A stretch of DNA of 64,000 bases from Sminthopsis crassicaudata. Its lineage: Eukaryota. The translations under genes were made by a program, and so were the position numbers. The DNA is taken from NCBI RefSeq assembly GCF_048593235.1, contig NC_133619.1:62572454-62636453 (forward strand), in the 5' to 3' direction. Positions 39,801 to 51,877 of this stretch are shown piece after piece. The stretch's first letter is position 1. Every line of letters starts with the position of its first letter. Below the pieces are notes generated by a model that ran no database searches, was not told where the DNA came from, and saw nothing but the letters and a program-made list of their open reading frames with translations.

Positions 39801-41805
39801 TTATTCTCTCCTTCAAAGGCCTGAGTCTTTTCCTGGGCCGGCTAGCTTTCCTAGAGGCCGCTCTCTCCCCTTGGTTCTGAGCGCTCTCCTCCCAATGTCT
39901 CCGGCCAGCGGCAGCGGGAGCGGGACTCCGCTCTGACAGTGGCTCTCCCCAGGCCATCCTCGCTGAGGCTCCCGGCTACACGTGCTCTCTGGGGCGTGAG
40001 CTACTGTGCGAACTCCTTTAAAGGTGGGGACTGAGTACCCGAGCTCCTCGTTTCAAGTTCTGGCCCATAGGCAGAGGGCTGGGGAATGCTTCCTGTGGAA
40101 GGGGGGCCTCTGGCTGCCTGGCCCAGAACGGGAGGCCGGCGAGCCCCGGGGCCAGGGAGGCTGGAGGAGTGGTGGACCCGCAGCCGGAGGTACCTGCAGG
40201 GGGCGTGGCTGAAAGGAGGGCCCTGCCAGTCACTACCCCCCACGTCCGGGAGGCCGCTCAGAGGAGAGGATCCTCGCCGTGCACTAGCCTGGGTATGGGA
40301 GGACCCTCAGGAAGGCAAAGGAGGGGAGGGGCTCCAGGGGAAAGAAGGATAACCACTTCCGCTGGGAAGTCTGCCAGACATCCTGAAGGAACGTCCGAAA
40401 GGCAGGGGGTCACTGAGTCTGGGGGAGCGACAAGGTTGCAAGGCCATGCATGGCCCACGGAGAGGCAGCAGGGAGGGCCATGGGGGGCGGGGCACGGGGT
40501 CTGGGAAAAAGAGGCCCCTGGTGACAGCCGGGAGAGGTAGTGGGCGGCTGGGAGGGGCCGGCGGCAGTGACAGAGCCGGGACGGGGCCGCCTCCGCAGCG
40601 GGCGCGGGTCAGACTCCAGGAGAAGGCCGCTCTCCTATCAGAGGAGACAGTGGCAGAAAGCAGCCCCCGAGGGGCGGAGCTCCCAGGAGGGGCGGGGCTC
40701 CAGGAGGGGAGGCTGAGTCTGGGAGAGCACTGGGGAGAGGGGGAGAGGAAAGAAGTGCCCCAGGGCCCCAGCACCGGTAACATCCCTAGGAGGAGCAGCC
40801 ACACAACGCTGGCTGCACGCGCAGCACGCTGCACCTGGTCAGGGGAGGCAGAGGCGGAAAGGCCCGAGACCGCGGCCCGCAGGGGGCGGTGGTGGCGACG
40901 GCCAGCTCCGCGGGACTGCCTCTGGCCGTGCCCGAGCTGGGAGGGGGCCAGGGCGGTGAGTGGGAGTGCAGACTATCAGGTTACAGAGTAAGGAGACCTA
41001 CTACGTGTCAGGTAGCATTCTCTGCCCTTTTGTGATTGTATCGCCTCATAACACAATAATAGTTAACTAAAGCACCTACTATGTGATGAGCACTTTTACA
41101 ATTATTTCCGTAATGATAACGGTGGAGCTGGCACCTGTGTCACACACTGTGCTAAATAAGCTTTTACAATTGTCTCGGGCATCTGATAGCTAACACTTAT
41201 AACACTCCTACGTGTCATGCACCATGCTAAGTAAGCGTTTACAATCTCCATAATGATAACTAATGTTTATAAAGTACCTACTATGCTTTTGCAATTATCT
41301 AGGTAATAACGATGATAGCTAACACTCACAAAGCACCTACTATGTGTTCGGCACTGTGTTTACAACTCTGTTACTCAGTGATAGACAACGTTTCTAAAGT
41401 GCCAGGATAATCTCTTGAAAAAATGTGAATCCTAACATCTAACGTTTATGGCACACCTACTATGTGCCAGGCACTGTACTAAACAAGCCCTTTAAAACTG
41501 TCGCTGGGCTGTCACAACACCGCATGCGGTAGGTCGCTCTCACTATTACCTTTGTATGGTGACAGGGGGAAGGGAAGAGACTTGGCATGATTAAGTGCAT
41601 GGGTAGCATTTGAACTCAGGTGTTCCCATTCCGGGCCGACACCCAAGTCTCGAGCTTCGGGGTCTCCAGGAGGAACTAGTCACGCCAGCTACAACACACT
41701 CCCTTCCTTCCCCCTCCCCAGGCCCTCGCCCCCTGACCCGGAAGCTCCCTTACCCGAGTCCTGCAGCAGTCCCGCTAGTTTCCACACTAAGGAACTCGTC
41801 GTCAT
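30833..41805 (-). CDS. STK11IP: Serine/threonine kinase 11 (LKB1)-interacting protein, LRR-containing; complete, 1071 aa
   Basis: 24 GT-AG, phase-consistent coding exons totalling 3216 nt: 41754-41805, 39090-39295, 38803-38877, 38511-38606, 38308-38415, 38146-38217, 37854-37980, 37628-37731, 37381-37479, 36360-36401, 35997-36143, 35719-35803, 34872-35234, 34577-34764, 34324-34440, 34025-34193, 33492-33719, 33067-33170, 32864-32961, 32595-32773, 32327-32408, 31829-31899, 31180-31424, 30833-30991 (TAG). Peptides: [20 protein letters not shown] repeats (LNLSHN, LDVSYN, LDVAYN), [52 protein letters not shown]. Confidence 0.96.
31977..32129 (+). mobile_element. WSINE1-like SINE with poly(A) tail and TSD in the STK11IP intron between coding exons 21 and 22
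   Basis: GGGGCAGCTAGG..GGGTTCAAATC..TGTGTGACCCTGGGCAAGTCACTTAACCCC plus ~19 A. Flanking direct repeat agaatatggttaaca (31962-31976) / agaatacgggtaata (32129-32143). Confidence 0.85.
36950..37330 (+). mobile_element. Old marsupial L1 3' end in STK11IP intron 9
   Basis: aaacaagtgagact..aacaatcaaaactgaatg..gagaagacatctccctcct..gcatatgacatcagactttttgacatgtt. Confidence 0.5.
39510..40250 (-). mobile_element. ERV LTR-like sequence, possibly two nested or abutting solo LTRs, in STK11IP intron 1
   Basis: On minus: TTTAAAG box (~40017), then AATAAA (39800-39805) followed by CTGGCTGCATTTGGGGGTGA, as I recall from marsupial LTR R/U5 regions. A possible end GAGAATCACA lies at 39687. 39510-39760 has U3-like direct repeats (atttgtgacat x2). 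No clear TSD seen. Confidence 0.45.
41010..41500 (+). repeat. Degenerate tandem array (~7-8 units, ~60-70 bp) of the MIR/L2 3'-tail motif
   Basis: Recurrent gatagctaaca..agcacctactatgtg..gcac..tttacaa units. Confidence 0.6.
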
Positions 41806-42450
41806 AGCAACGGGGAGCTTGGGGGCGGAGCCGAAAAAAGAAGGGCGGGGGAAGATGACTCCGGGAAGTCAGAGGGAAGAATCGAGGGATCACACCCCGG
41901 CCCCCCCTCCCCCAACCTCACTAAGGTCAGCTGAGGCGGAGGAGGGGGCCTGGCAAAGGGACACTTCACGGCTCCAGGAAGGAGGAGAAAGTGCGGTGCG
42001 GAAAGCAAAGCCGGGTCCGCCAGCGGCCCAGGACCCTTGAAGAGGGCACGCGGCCGGCCTCGAGAGACTCCGGAACGATCCTTCCGAGGCTCACCCCTTC
42101 CTACGGGATCGGCTGCCGGACACCCGTGCTGGGGAGGGAAAAAGCGGAAGCTCCTCACCACCGGGACGGAAGTTGAGCTTAGAAACTTCCGGCTCTTTCG
42201 GCGATTAAGAGGAAAAGGGGGCGGAGCCCGGCTTCGGTCCCGCGGAGCGGTGAGCGTGGAGCAGCGTACGAGTCCGCGGAGGAAGAGGCTGGCCTGAGAC
42301 AGCCGGACTGTCGCGCCTGCTCTTTCTGCTCCCTCCAGGGGGCGGAGCCTTGGGCCCGAGATTGATGACCCCAGGCCCCGGCCTGGCCACCTGGGCCTCC
42401 TCTCCCGTGTGCGCCTGCGCGAGGACTCGTTTCTGACTCGCTTGCACTTT
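41800..42450 (-). promoter_or_regulatory. STK11IP: STK11IP CpG-island housekeeping promoter
   Basis: CpG-rich. Opposed ETS/GABP motifs CGGAAGT (~42167) and ACTTCCGG (~42185), GC boxes, and an NRF1-type TGCGCCTGCGC at 42410-42420. Confidence 0.7.
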
Positions 42451-45249
42451 GTATCCCTTCCTTCTGAATATTTTTCTGGGTTTTTGAGTGTTGGGTTTAA
42501 TTCTTAGCACACACTAGTATTCTGATAAGACAGAAACCTAAAAGAGACTTCAAACTAGAATTTTAACCAGCAAAATATCAGTGAACCCCTCCTCGTCTCT
42601 TCCACGCCTCGGACGGCGCGGCTCTCTACTCCCTGGGAGGGCGTGGTCTGGGTTCGGGCATTTCGCATTCGGGTCCCGGGAGGGAATGCTTTCCAGCAAC
42701 AACTTTGCTGTCTGGGCTTCCTGTTCGGAAAAAATAAACGGTTTTATGATAAGTAGGTTATGACGGTTTTATGCAAAGAAAAAGGTCATCAACAGATATT
42801 TCAGTGTGTAAAGAACTATAAAGTTCCCTTTTTTCTGTCCAATCCAAGCGTCACCAGTCCTGGGGGGAAAAGTGTTGAGTTTTTCCCACACAATCTTGCG
42901 ATTCTATCTAGCGATCCCCCATAATAAATAAAGTATTTTGGTAAATATTTTATTAAAAAAAATTATCTCCTCACAACAACTTTGGGATGTGAATGCCGTT
43001 ATTATCCCTGTTTTACAGATGGAGAAACTGAGTCAGGCAGGTGCAGCGCCCGGGGTCACACAGCTAGGAAGTATCCGAGACTGCATTTGAACTCAGATCT
43101 TCCTGGACTGTAAAAAGGGGAATAATACTGAAAGCAGCTTACGTTATATAGCACCTACTATGCGCTAGGCAGACCCTGGCTAAGTTTTCCTGCTCTAAAA
43201 CTTCGACTCCTAGCCGAACCCTCTGTGCCACTTCCTTGTCTCATCGGCTGCAGAAAAGCAGGTGTAGACAAAGGCACTTAATAAATGCTCCCCCTGTGGT
43301 TAGAGCCAGCTCTGCCTTTGAGGTGGGACCAGGCCAGGTCTCATAGAGGGGCAAGCAGCTGGCGCAGACATAGCCATTTAATGGACGCTGAATCGAATGC
43401 AGGAACTGAACCCGGAACGCAAGATTGGAATCCGGCCGAAGTGAAGCTTTTTGGTTCCTGCGGTTTTCAAAGCCAAGCACGAGTTTTGCCTGCTGGCTGG
43501 TCTGGGATCTGCCTCCGATATGAATCACTGGGGACTAGACAGGGACTGACAGCCTCTTCTCCCCCCCTCCCCCCCAATCCTGGCCCAGTCTGGCATCTGC
43601 ACTGGGGACCCCGGGTACCACAGGGCCACAAAAAAGGCGTCCACTCATTTGGCACACGCGCTTTCCGGTGATTGCCATGTCCCTATGAAGTGGCCAAAGA
43701 TCAATATACCCAAATCCTTTTGTTTGACACAGCTTTGTAATAGGCCATTTATCCTTGGCTCTTCAGATGTAAAAGAGGGAGGAAAAAGAGGCTTTCTTTG
43801 AATTTTCTTTCTTGGCAAATTCTACTCAATTTTCAAGGTATTTAAGTCAAGCCCCACTTCTGGGAAGTCTTCCTTGAGTGCCCATTCCGAATCTGTTTTT
43901 CCTGTAACTAGTACAACATTCATTGTTTCTACCCCAAAACCTAGCCCGTGATTGTTAACCTTCCTTCTGAAAGATGACCACGAGGGAGGGAAATCTTGGA
44001 TACGATTGGGTCGGAGTTGCACAAAGTTTGTCAGCCTGGCTCTGTCCTCCGGAGCCGTCATAGACCCGTGGGAAATCTTGGCTTTTTTTTTTTTTTTTTT
44101 TTTTTAAGTTAAGGCCTTTCCCAGGGCTCAATAATTAGCCTGAAGTCATGAGCCACTTAGATACTAGGTGGCCCTATGGGTAAAGTGCTGGCACTAGAAA
44201 GTCAAGAAGGATCTGAATTCAAATTCTACCTCAGGCATTTGCAGGCTGTTACAAGACAAGTCACCTAACTGCTCGCTCCCTGCCTCAGTTTCCTCAACTA
44301 TCAGGAGTTGTGAGGAGATAGTTGTAAAGCACCTGGCACATAGCAGGTGTTGTATGAATGCTTATTCCTCCCCCTTGTTCTCTTTTATTGTTCTCTGTTT
44401 AAAGTGTATGCCTTGTTTACTTGGGAAACTTTGAGAAGAGGAACAGTGTTTTATGCACCCCTTTCACTCGTTAGGAGGCTGCTTCACATGCTGGGTTTAA
44501 ACTCTTATTCAAGGTCCTGTTCAAATGTGGTTGGAAGTAACTTTGCCTTTGAGGTAAAATGTGCAACAATTTCAGATGTAGACTGAGAGTCTTCATTTCT
44601 TTTTGAACTCCCACAAGCTGAGTATCAGAAACAGCTGCTGCTTGTTAAGCAGACCATCAATTGGAAACTACTGACAGGTGGGAATAGGAATAGTTAATAG
44701 TTAATATCTGTATACTAGTGATTTAAGGTTTGCAAAGCATTAATAGATGTAGATGGATATTGAGAGAGATTATCTTATTTGTTCCTCATGAGGTGCTGTT
44801 ATTATCCTCATCTTACAGATGAGAGAAGGGAGATTGCATGTAGTCATATCTACATAGTTATTGAGTGTCTGGGGAGGATTTGAACTCAGGGCCATCCTGC
44901 CTTGAGGTCTGGCACTCCACCTACTGCATCACCTGGCTGCTCTTAGGAGTCTTTTCTCCAAGAGAATTACATACTGTCTGAGGCTACCCCAAGGCCAAGC
45001 CGACCTGCACAAGGGTCCCACCCCCCCATAGCAAGACCCCAGCACAGCTTCTTGGAGCTTTGCAGAAAAACCTGCCAGGAGAAAGCCAAGGCTCCCCTGG
45101 AAGCCGCTCAGGGGAGTCTGGAGGATCTCATGACCCGGGAGGAGTCCTGGGCCTTCCCCCAGACTGTGGGGTTCAGGGTTCCCATTCGATGACCTGGAAG
45201 GATCCTTCCCCCTGAGCCTATGAGCTTGTCAACAATCATTTAATCATGG

Positions 45250-45284
<35 letters not shown>

Positions 45285-45469
45285 AATGAGGCAGAATGTC
45301 AGACAGGCCAGAGGCCTGAGCTTGGAACCAAGAATACGGGGGCACAAATCCTTCCTCCGAAGCTTGCTGTGACCCTGAGCAAGGCACCAAACCTGTCCCT
45401 GCCTCAGTTTCCTAAAAGAGGAGATTGGGCTAGATGAGCTGCCAGCTCTAGATGGATAGTGCTGTCATG

Positions 45470-45700
45470 CTTTGATGCCAGAGAGGCTGGGCTTGGAGTC
45501 AGGAGACTCATCTCCCTGAGTTCAAATCTGGCTTCAGACCCTTCCTAGCTGTGACACTCAGGGCAAGGCACTGAGCCCTGCCGGCCTCAGTTTCCTTATC
45601 TAATAAAATGTTTGGGAGAAGGAAGTGGCAAGCCATCCCATTATCTGCCAAGAAAACCCCACATGGGGTCACCAAGAACAACTGAACAACATCTCTACTC
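45470..45700 (+). mobile_element. MAR1-like CORE-SINE
   Basis: ctggagtcaggagactcatctccctgagttcaaatctggcttcagac..gcctcagtttcc..ggagaaggaagtggcaagcca..tgccaagaaaacccca.atggggtcac. A similar copy lies at ~58850-59105. Confidence 0.7.
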
Positions 45701-45747
45701 CTGCTGATTGTGAAGAAGAAATAGGAATCAAGAGGTCGAGAAAGGGG

Positions 45748-45784
<37 letters not shown>
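45748..45784. repeat. Poly(A) tract (37 nt)
   Basis: Direct inspection. Confidence 0.9.
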
Positions 45785-45789
<5 letters not shown>

Positions 45790-48700
45790 CTAGTTGGAAA
45801 CATATAGAAAGGATTTTCTTTAGAAAAATAGGAGCCAATAGCTACAAAGAAAAACTTGAAGATTTTGGTGCAATTTCAAACTGCTGAGTGATCCCCAGGA
45901 TCATCCCTGCACTGAAATATGTTGACTCTTAAGTTAACATAATGATTTAAATTGCCAAAGAGCCTTCTCATTGATGTCTACACATTAAAATTAGGTTGGA
46001 ATCAATAGATAACAGAAAACAGGATCCGAAGAAGGGTACCGGTTTTGTCTGGAAACATTTGTTTCCTTAGGACTATCTGCTTCATTATTTAAAATTCAGG
46101 ATTAATTTGTGATAGATAGATGTTTGTTTGTTTGTTTTTTTAAGGATAATTGAGTGGGAAAGGATGTCCATCTCTTAAGCAATCATACCTCCACTGCAAC
46201 TGAGTTTTAGGAAGAACAATATGCAGATAGCCAAGCCCCCCACCTCCTGGATGGTGTAATTTAATTGTAAAAAGAGAGTCAGTAATTGGCCTCCCTGCGT
46301 GCCAGACTTGCAACTAAATATGTAAATTGACAATAATATCCCAGTACAAGTCATATATAGTAGGGGGCAGACAAAGGATAAGATAAAACTGAACTTAGAT
46401 TCTCAAAGACCTGCCTTCTGAATCCCACTTCTGACACTGACCCAGGGAAGGCCCCTTGCCTTCTCAGCATAATAGGCTCCACACTGGGAACTCTACACCA
46501 TTAAAATCACAGTCGGGGGTTGCAAAGCCTTTTTCTCACATCCTCAGTGGAGGGTGGGGATTGAAGAAAAAGAAGATATGAATTTGAAAAAATAATTAAT
46601 TGCAAAAATCAGAAACTCTGTAAAGTACTTTGTAAACCTTAAAGCAATGTATAAGTGTGATTTTGATCCATTCTAGGATAATCAGCACTGCTTTTAAAAG
46701 CTGATGGCTCTAGAATGAATGCCCTTTTGCCTATCACCCCAATCAAAAAAAAAAAAAAAAGCAAAACTCTGTCTACCTGCCCTTTAGGACCTAGCTGCAA
46801 TCCTCTGATGTCCTTATAGGCTATTGTTACAGTCAAGAGGTGATTTAAAAAAATAGTTGGAGACTGCCTGCTAGCGCCCTTGTTAAAATGAACTGTACTT
46901 CAGAGGGATCACTATAGAGCTAGTAGTCTCATCTTCAGTTTTCCATTTTCTAAAACTCAATATTTTAAGTTCAAGCTCTCGGAAACCAGAATTCACTACA
47001 CCAACTCTCAAGGGACCGATTTGTCCATCCATTATTTCCTGGCTGAGATCTGAAATATTTTCCTTCCATCAGCCACAAACTGGCTCATAGGCAATTTCCT
47101 GCAGCTGATTCCTGTCAGTGTCAGTCAGTCAACAAGCATTTATTTAATTAAGCTCTTCCAATGTTCCTGGCGCTGTATTGAAGCTCTGGGGATTAAAAAG
47201 GCCAAAACACAGTCCCTGTCCTCAAAGGACTTAATACACCATTGAAATGAGGTACATATGAGATGTAGAGCGCATGGATGAAAGGACATCTCAGAGAAGA
47301 AGGGCACTAGCAGCTGAGAGAACTGAGAAAAATCTCCTTCAGAGGCGGGGATTTGAGAGGAGCCTTGAAGGAAACCAAGGCAGAAGTGAGGAAGGGGAAC
47401 GTTCTGGACATGGGGGACGGCCAAAGCTTGAAGATTGGAAATGTGTGGAGAGCAGCTGCATCTCTGAGGATATGGAAGAGATTCTCTTATGTCTGTTCCT
47501 ATTAACTTCTATGTCAGAGGTCTTTTTTTGGCCATATCCCCAAATCTTGAGGTTTCCTCCTGGCCAGTAGCTTCCTGTTGACTGGCACAAATTCCCCAGG
47601 GTATGGATTCTAATGTTCCCAGGAATCATTCCCAGTGGCACCCATGGGAAGGGAAAGGCCAGATGGGATTACTGTGTGGCCCCAATCCCTGTCTGAGTTG
47701 CCTTTGTTTGATAATTATGAAGACTGGTAAAGGACTACAGGATGGGTAGGTGATTGACACTAGGAAAGAGGCTTTTGGCAGGTGGATACTTGTTATGGTT
47801 GGCAAAATCGGATGGCAAAGTGACCCACAGAGAGAATCAAGTTATTAGAGCAATTAATGAGCCATTACCTCATGTCTGGACTTCATGACTCCCCCAGGGC
47901 TTTCACTTTAGGGCACAGGTCTGATGAATTCCTTTTGTCACCCAGGTGTTGGTGCCATCTGTTTTCTGTCTCAACCCCCCCACAACACCCAGTGCTAGTT
48001 AGAAAGGGAAGCAGGCTGCCTTTGGAAGATGTCAACATTAATTAACACTGAAGAAGTGGTGAATAGACAGGGAGAGGATTCTGATTAGACAGGTAGCTTC
48101 ACCTTTCTGGCCATCAGTTTCGTTACTTGTAAAATAAGTCGTTTGGACTCTGGTGACCTTCTCTCCCTCAGAGCCCGGGAAAGGAACAGTTAGAATCTGC
48201 TGCTCTGTAGGACAGGTACATAAATAGCTTTTCTTTTGGAATGGGTATTTCTCCTTCCCAGAACTGAGCCTGGTTTTCTACCACTGCCTTGGATGATGAG
48301 TGAGCTCTCCCAAATGGTGCTAGAAGTGCTAGCACCTGACACTACAAGGTGGAGGAAAAGAGAAGGCCTTTAGACTGATGACCTTTCTGCTGCCCTTCCT
48401 CTTCTCAATGCCATGACCCTGTGCACAAGAGGGAAAGGCCAAGCCCCAGCTAAGGTTAGCCTGAACAGCTCTGCCTTTTTGACTTCAGCCATGGGAATTG
48501 TGCCTCATCTTCCCTTCATTATTTATTGGGAAGAGAATCTAAAATCTGAGGTCTTTGACATAAGGGGAGAAGAGTTTTTGTCAGTGCAAGACCAGGAGAA
48601 TTTTATGAAAACTGATGCCCAAGTAAGGGAGTGGTGGCCACTGGGATGCTCGGAACCCAGGCTCTCAAAGGTATGCCTTCATTTTAAGAAGGACTAAAAA

Positions 48701-50044
48701 ACTCCAGAACAGGATCCTCATTTCAGCCCTCTCTTTGATAATCCCTCAGTGTTACAATGGCAAGAGTCCCTCTGCCAAAATCTGCATCAAGAAATAATGT
48801 CTCTGAGTTCCTGAGGTCATCCTGACTCAGTGATCTCCAAGGGCACTAGGCTGGGGCCAAAAAGATCCTCATTGAAATCCCACCTCATTTTTCCTTTAGT
48901 TCTGATTTATCTTTCACAGCTTGACAGATATGGAAATATATTTTAAATCATTGTCCATGTGTGATTTATGTCCAGTTGTTTGCTGTCTTGAGGAGGGAGG
49001 GCAGAAGGAGAAAAAAAAATCAGAACTCAAAATCTTACAACAGTGAATGCTGAAAACTTTCATTCCATGTAATTGGAAAAAAAAAAAATACTGTTAAGTG
49101 GGGGAAAAAATTCCACCTCAGATATTTTCTAACCATGTTACCTCCAGAAGTCAGTCTCAATTTCCTCAACTGTAAAATTGGATTAATAGCATACCTTACA
49201 GAGTTGCTATGAGGATAAGCTGAGATATTTTTAAGGTATTTTGCACAGCGCTTGGCACATAGTAGGTACTTCATAAATACTTGTTCCCTCCCTCCCCTTC
49301 CAAGGTCAGGTTACTGAAGCTTCCCTTCAAGGAGACATTGGTTGTTCATACATCATGGCAAAGGCAGAGAGGCAGACAGGCCTCCTTTATTGAGGGTCAG
49401 TGGGGTGAGGAAAGGCCTTAGGGGTTTGGGAGATGCCCATCTCTCATATCCATGGGGCCAAACAGCTTTGGTGAACACAGGGCAGCTTTCCCAACCCCAA
49501 GAAGTCACTATTTAGCTGGGAAGGAGTTGGAGCAGAAACCAGGAAGGAACAATGTGGGACAAGCTTGGGGGAAATCCACAGCCTTCTGCACCAGCTAATT
49601 TCTATCCATGGGTATCTTCTCTTGGGGCTAAATGAGGTCTGCTAAAATTTTCAATAATACCTGTTCTAAGGCAGGGCCTGAATGGGAAGGTGCTCAGGTC
49701 TGAAGAATATCTGAACAGGAAGGTCTCTGCCACAGAGACCACATGTCTCTGTGGGACCACGTGGGGCAAAAGGACTGAGGGGGGAGGTGTTAATGCTGAT
49801 GCTATCTGTCACCTAGGTGACCACAGGAGGCCTACTGATGCATCTTTCTGGCAGACCTATGAGCAAAGCTCTTTAGGTTCTGCTCTCTGCCACCATAACA
49901 AGCGCTTCCCGATTTGGGGATTTACAAGTCAGATTTCCAAATGCGATCCCTGGAATTTTATGCTCCAGTTCTCCCCCACATACCTCTGGGAAGGGGGGGA
50001 GGGTCACTCCCTGGCCATTGTCTCTAGCCAGTTATGCTGAACTG

Positions 50045-50050
50045 TTTATT
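50045..50050 (-). terminator. INHA: INHA polyadenylation signal AATAAA
   Basis: tttatt on plus, ~150 nt after the stop codon. Confidence 0.75.
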
Positions 50051-50197
50051 AATCTGTTTACAATCGATGAGGGTGACCTTGGACAGGAAGGGCCCAGCAG
50101 AGGAGAGGAGGGTTAGGGACTGGGGCTCCCTCCTTTGCCCTGGCCTCCTCTCTGACTATCTGGCTCTGGTTTTGCTGGCAGGAGGGGGTGGTCCTCC

Positions 50198-51686
50198 CTA
50201 TACACAGGCACAGTGCTGAGTGAGGAGGTTGGGCACCATCTCATATTTGAAAGAATAGCCCCCGTCCGAGGTAGTGCGGACCCTCAGGGGTCTCATGGTG
50301 CTGGGCAGAGCAGCGCAGCAGGGCCGGGACCCTGGGCCCAGGGGCAGGGGCTGAGAAGGGGTGAGGGCGGCCCCAGCAGACAGGACTGGAGAGGGCACCA
50401 GCCCACAGCTCCCGTGGCAGTAATGGAAGAGGAAGCTTGGCGGGTGAACAATCCACTGGTCCCAGCCAAGTTCCCGGAAGGAGATGTTGAGGGCAGCCCG
50501 GTGGCAGTCAGCGTGGGCAGCTACCTCTTCGGACGGGCGCTGCAGCAAGCGCAGGGCAGCTGGGGTCCAGGGCCAGGGGGGCGGCGGCAGAGAGCGGCGG
50601 GTCCTCTCCCCCACGCTGGCTGCACGGGCCCTGGTGTGGGCCACCAGGAAGGGGGTGGCATCCAACCGGGCCAGGCAGGGGCAGCGGGGGCACCGAAGCA
50701 GCAGCACCAGGAGGGGGTGGGTCAGCAGTGGGAGGGCAGGGGCTGCCAGATGAAGCACGGCCCAGCGAGGTGGGGCCAGGCCCAGCGAGGTGGGCACCTC
50801 CATGGGGCCCCCGGAAGACATGGCCAGCAGCGTCACGGCCGGGCCCGAGGCATTGCCTCCTTCAGCACCTGCCCTGGGGAGGCCGGTGTGGAACCACAGC
50901 TGGGCAGCCATCACCTGGCGGCTTCGCATATGCAGGGAGGGCTGGAAGCTGTAGGTGAACAGGCCCTCGGCCTCTCCAGCTGCAGCTCCGTCCTCACAGC
51001 TGGGACCTGTGGAGACAGAGGGCCCAAGGAGAGAGGGTGTCGCAGCTGGGAGGAGGCGGGCAAGGGAGGCTTGGGGAGAGGGAATGTTCAAAGTGGTGCA
51101 GGGATGACGGAGAAAACCTCTTCTCTCTCTGCTTCAGTCTCCGGTAGCAATGAGAAAAAACTCAGAGATGCTCAAGTGTGGGGAGGTCAGGAGGAAAGGA
51201 AGGATAAAGGTGGCAAATGTGCCTCTAAATGTTAGGAAATCTTCCTTGAACCGCGCCCCCCTTTCCCCTCCCTTGCACACTGATCCTTTTCTGAGGTTTC
51301 ATCACCCAGAGATAGAGGTCAGGAGGCTGAGAGAGAGGAAAATGGGAAAGGAAGGGGCACCCAGATGCCCACTGTCTCTTGTGGCCCCCTCACCCACTCA
51401 CGGTACCTGTGGTTGGGAAAAGGATGACCTGTGAGAGGTCCTCCTCTTTGCTTTCCATGCTCCTGCTGCGGGGGTCCCCCGGGTGGGCATGTCTGCGGGG
51501 CAGGCGCCGGGCTGCAGGCTCTCCCCGCTCCTTGGAGGTAGTGGGAGGGCCCAGAGCATCCAGCACCAGGGTCCTCACCTTGGCCAGCACCAGCTCCCTG
51601 TCCAGTTCTGGGCCCTGGCACGTGTGCCCACCCTCCCTACCCAGCAGCAGCAGCAGAACGTGCAGCAGGAGCCACAGAGGAAGCAT
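50198..51686 (-). CDS. INHA: Inhibin alpha subunit precursor (TGF-beta family), 362 aa
   Basis: Exon 1 51407-51686 (signal peptide [34 protein letters not shown]) and exon 2 50198-51006 (furin site RTRR|[54 protein letters not shown]). An in-frame ATG at 51701 in weaker context would add 5 aa. Confidence 0.98.
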
Positions 51687-51877
51687 GGCCAGCGGCTGCA
51701 TTTGGACGGCCCAGCCTGAACTTCCTGCTGCCCTTGGCTCCCAGGTCCTGCTCTTATGCCCACTCACAGAGGGTGCTCCTCTCCTTCCTGCCCTCCCCGC
51801 CCCATTCACCCCCACTCTCCCCTGCCAGTCCTCTCTGCTGCTTCCCACGCCCAGCGGTCCTTGGCTGGCATTGAGGC

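Noticed and set aside
43822-44061. 79-aa protein-looking ORF (..NVVLVTGKTDSEW..) upstream of STK11IP
   Set aside because: Weak ATG context and no family recognised. VVLVTG lacks the SDR GxxxGxG continuation. A BLASTP or conservation hit would be needed.
45850-46340. AT-rich block with homeodomain/Oct/Sox-like motifs between STK11IP and INHA (similar unique blocks at ~15240-15520 and ~44520-44680)
   Set aside because: They may be conserved enhancers, but motif matches in AT-rich DNA are uninformative without an alignment I cannot run.
50213-51235. 340-aa plus-strand ORF antisense to INHA exon 2
   Set aside because: It is a shadow ORF from GC-rich codon usage, with no recognisable domain.
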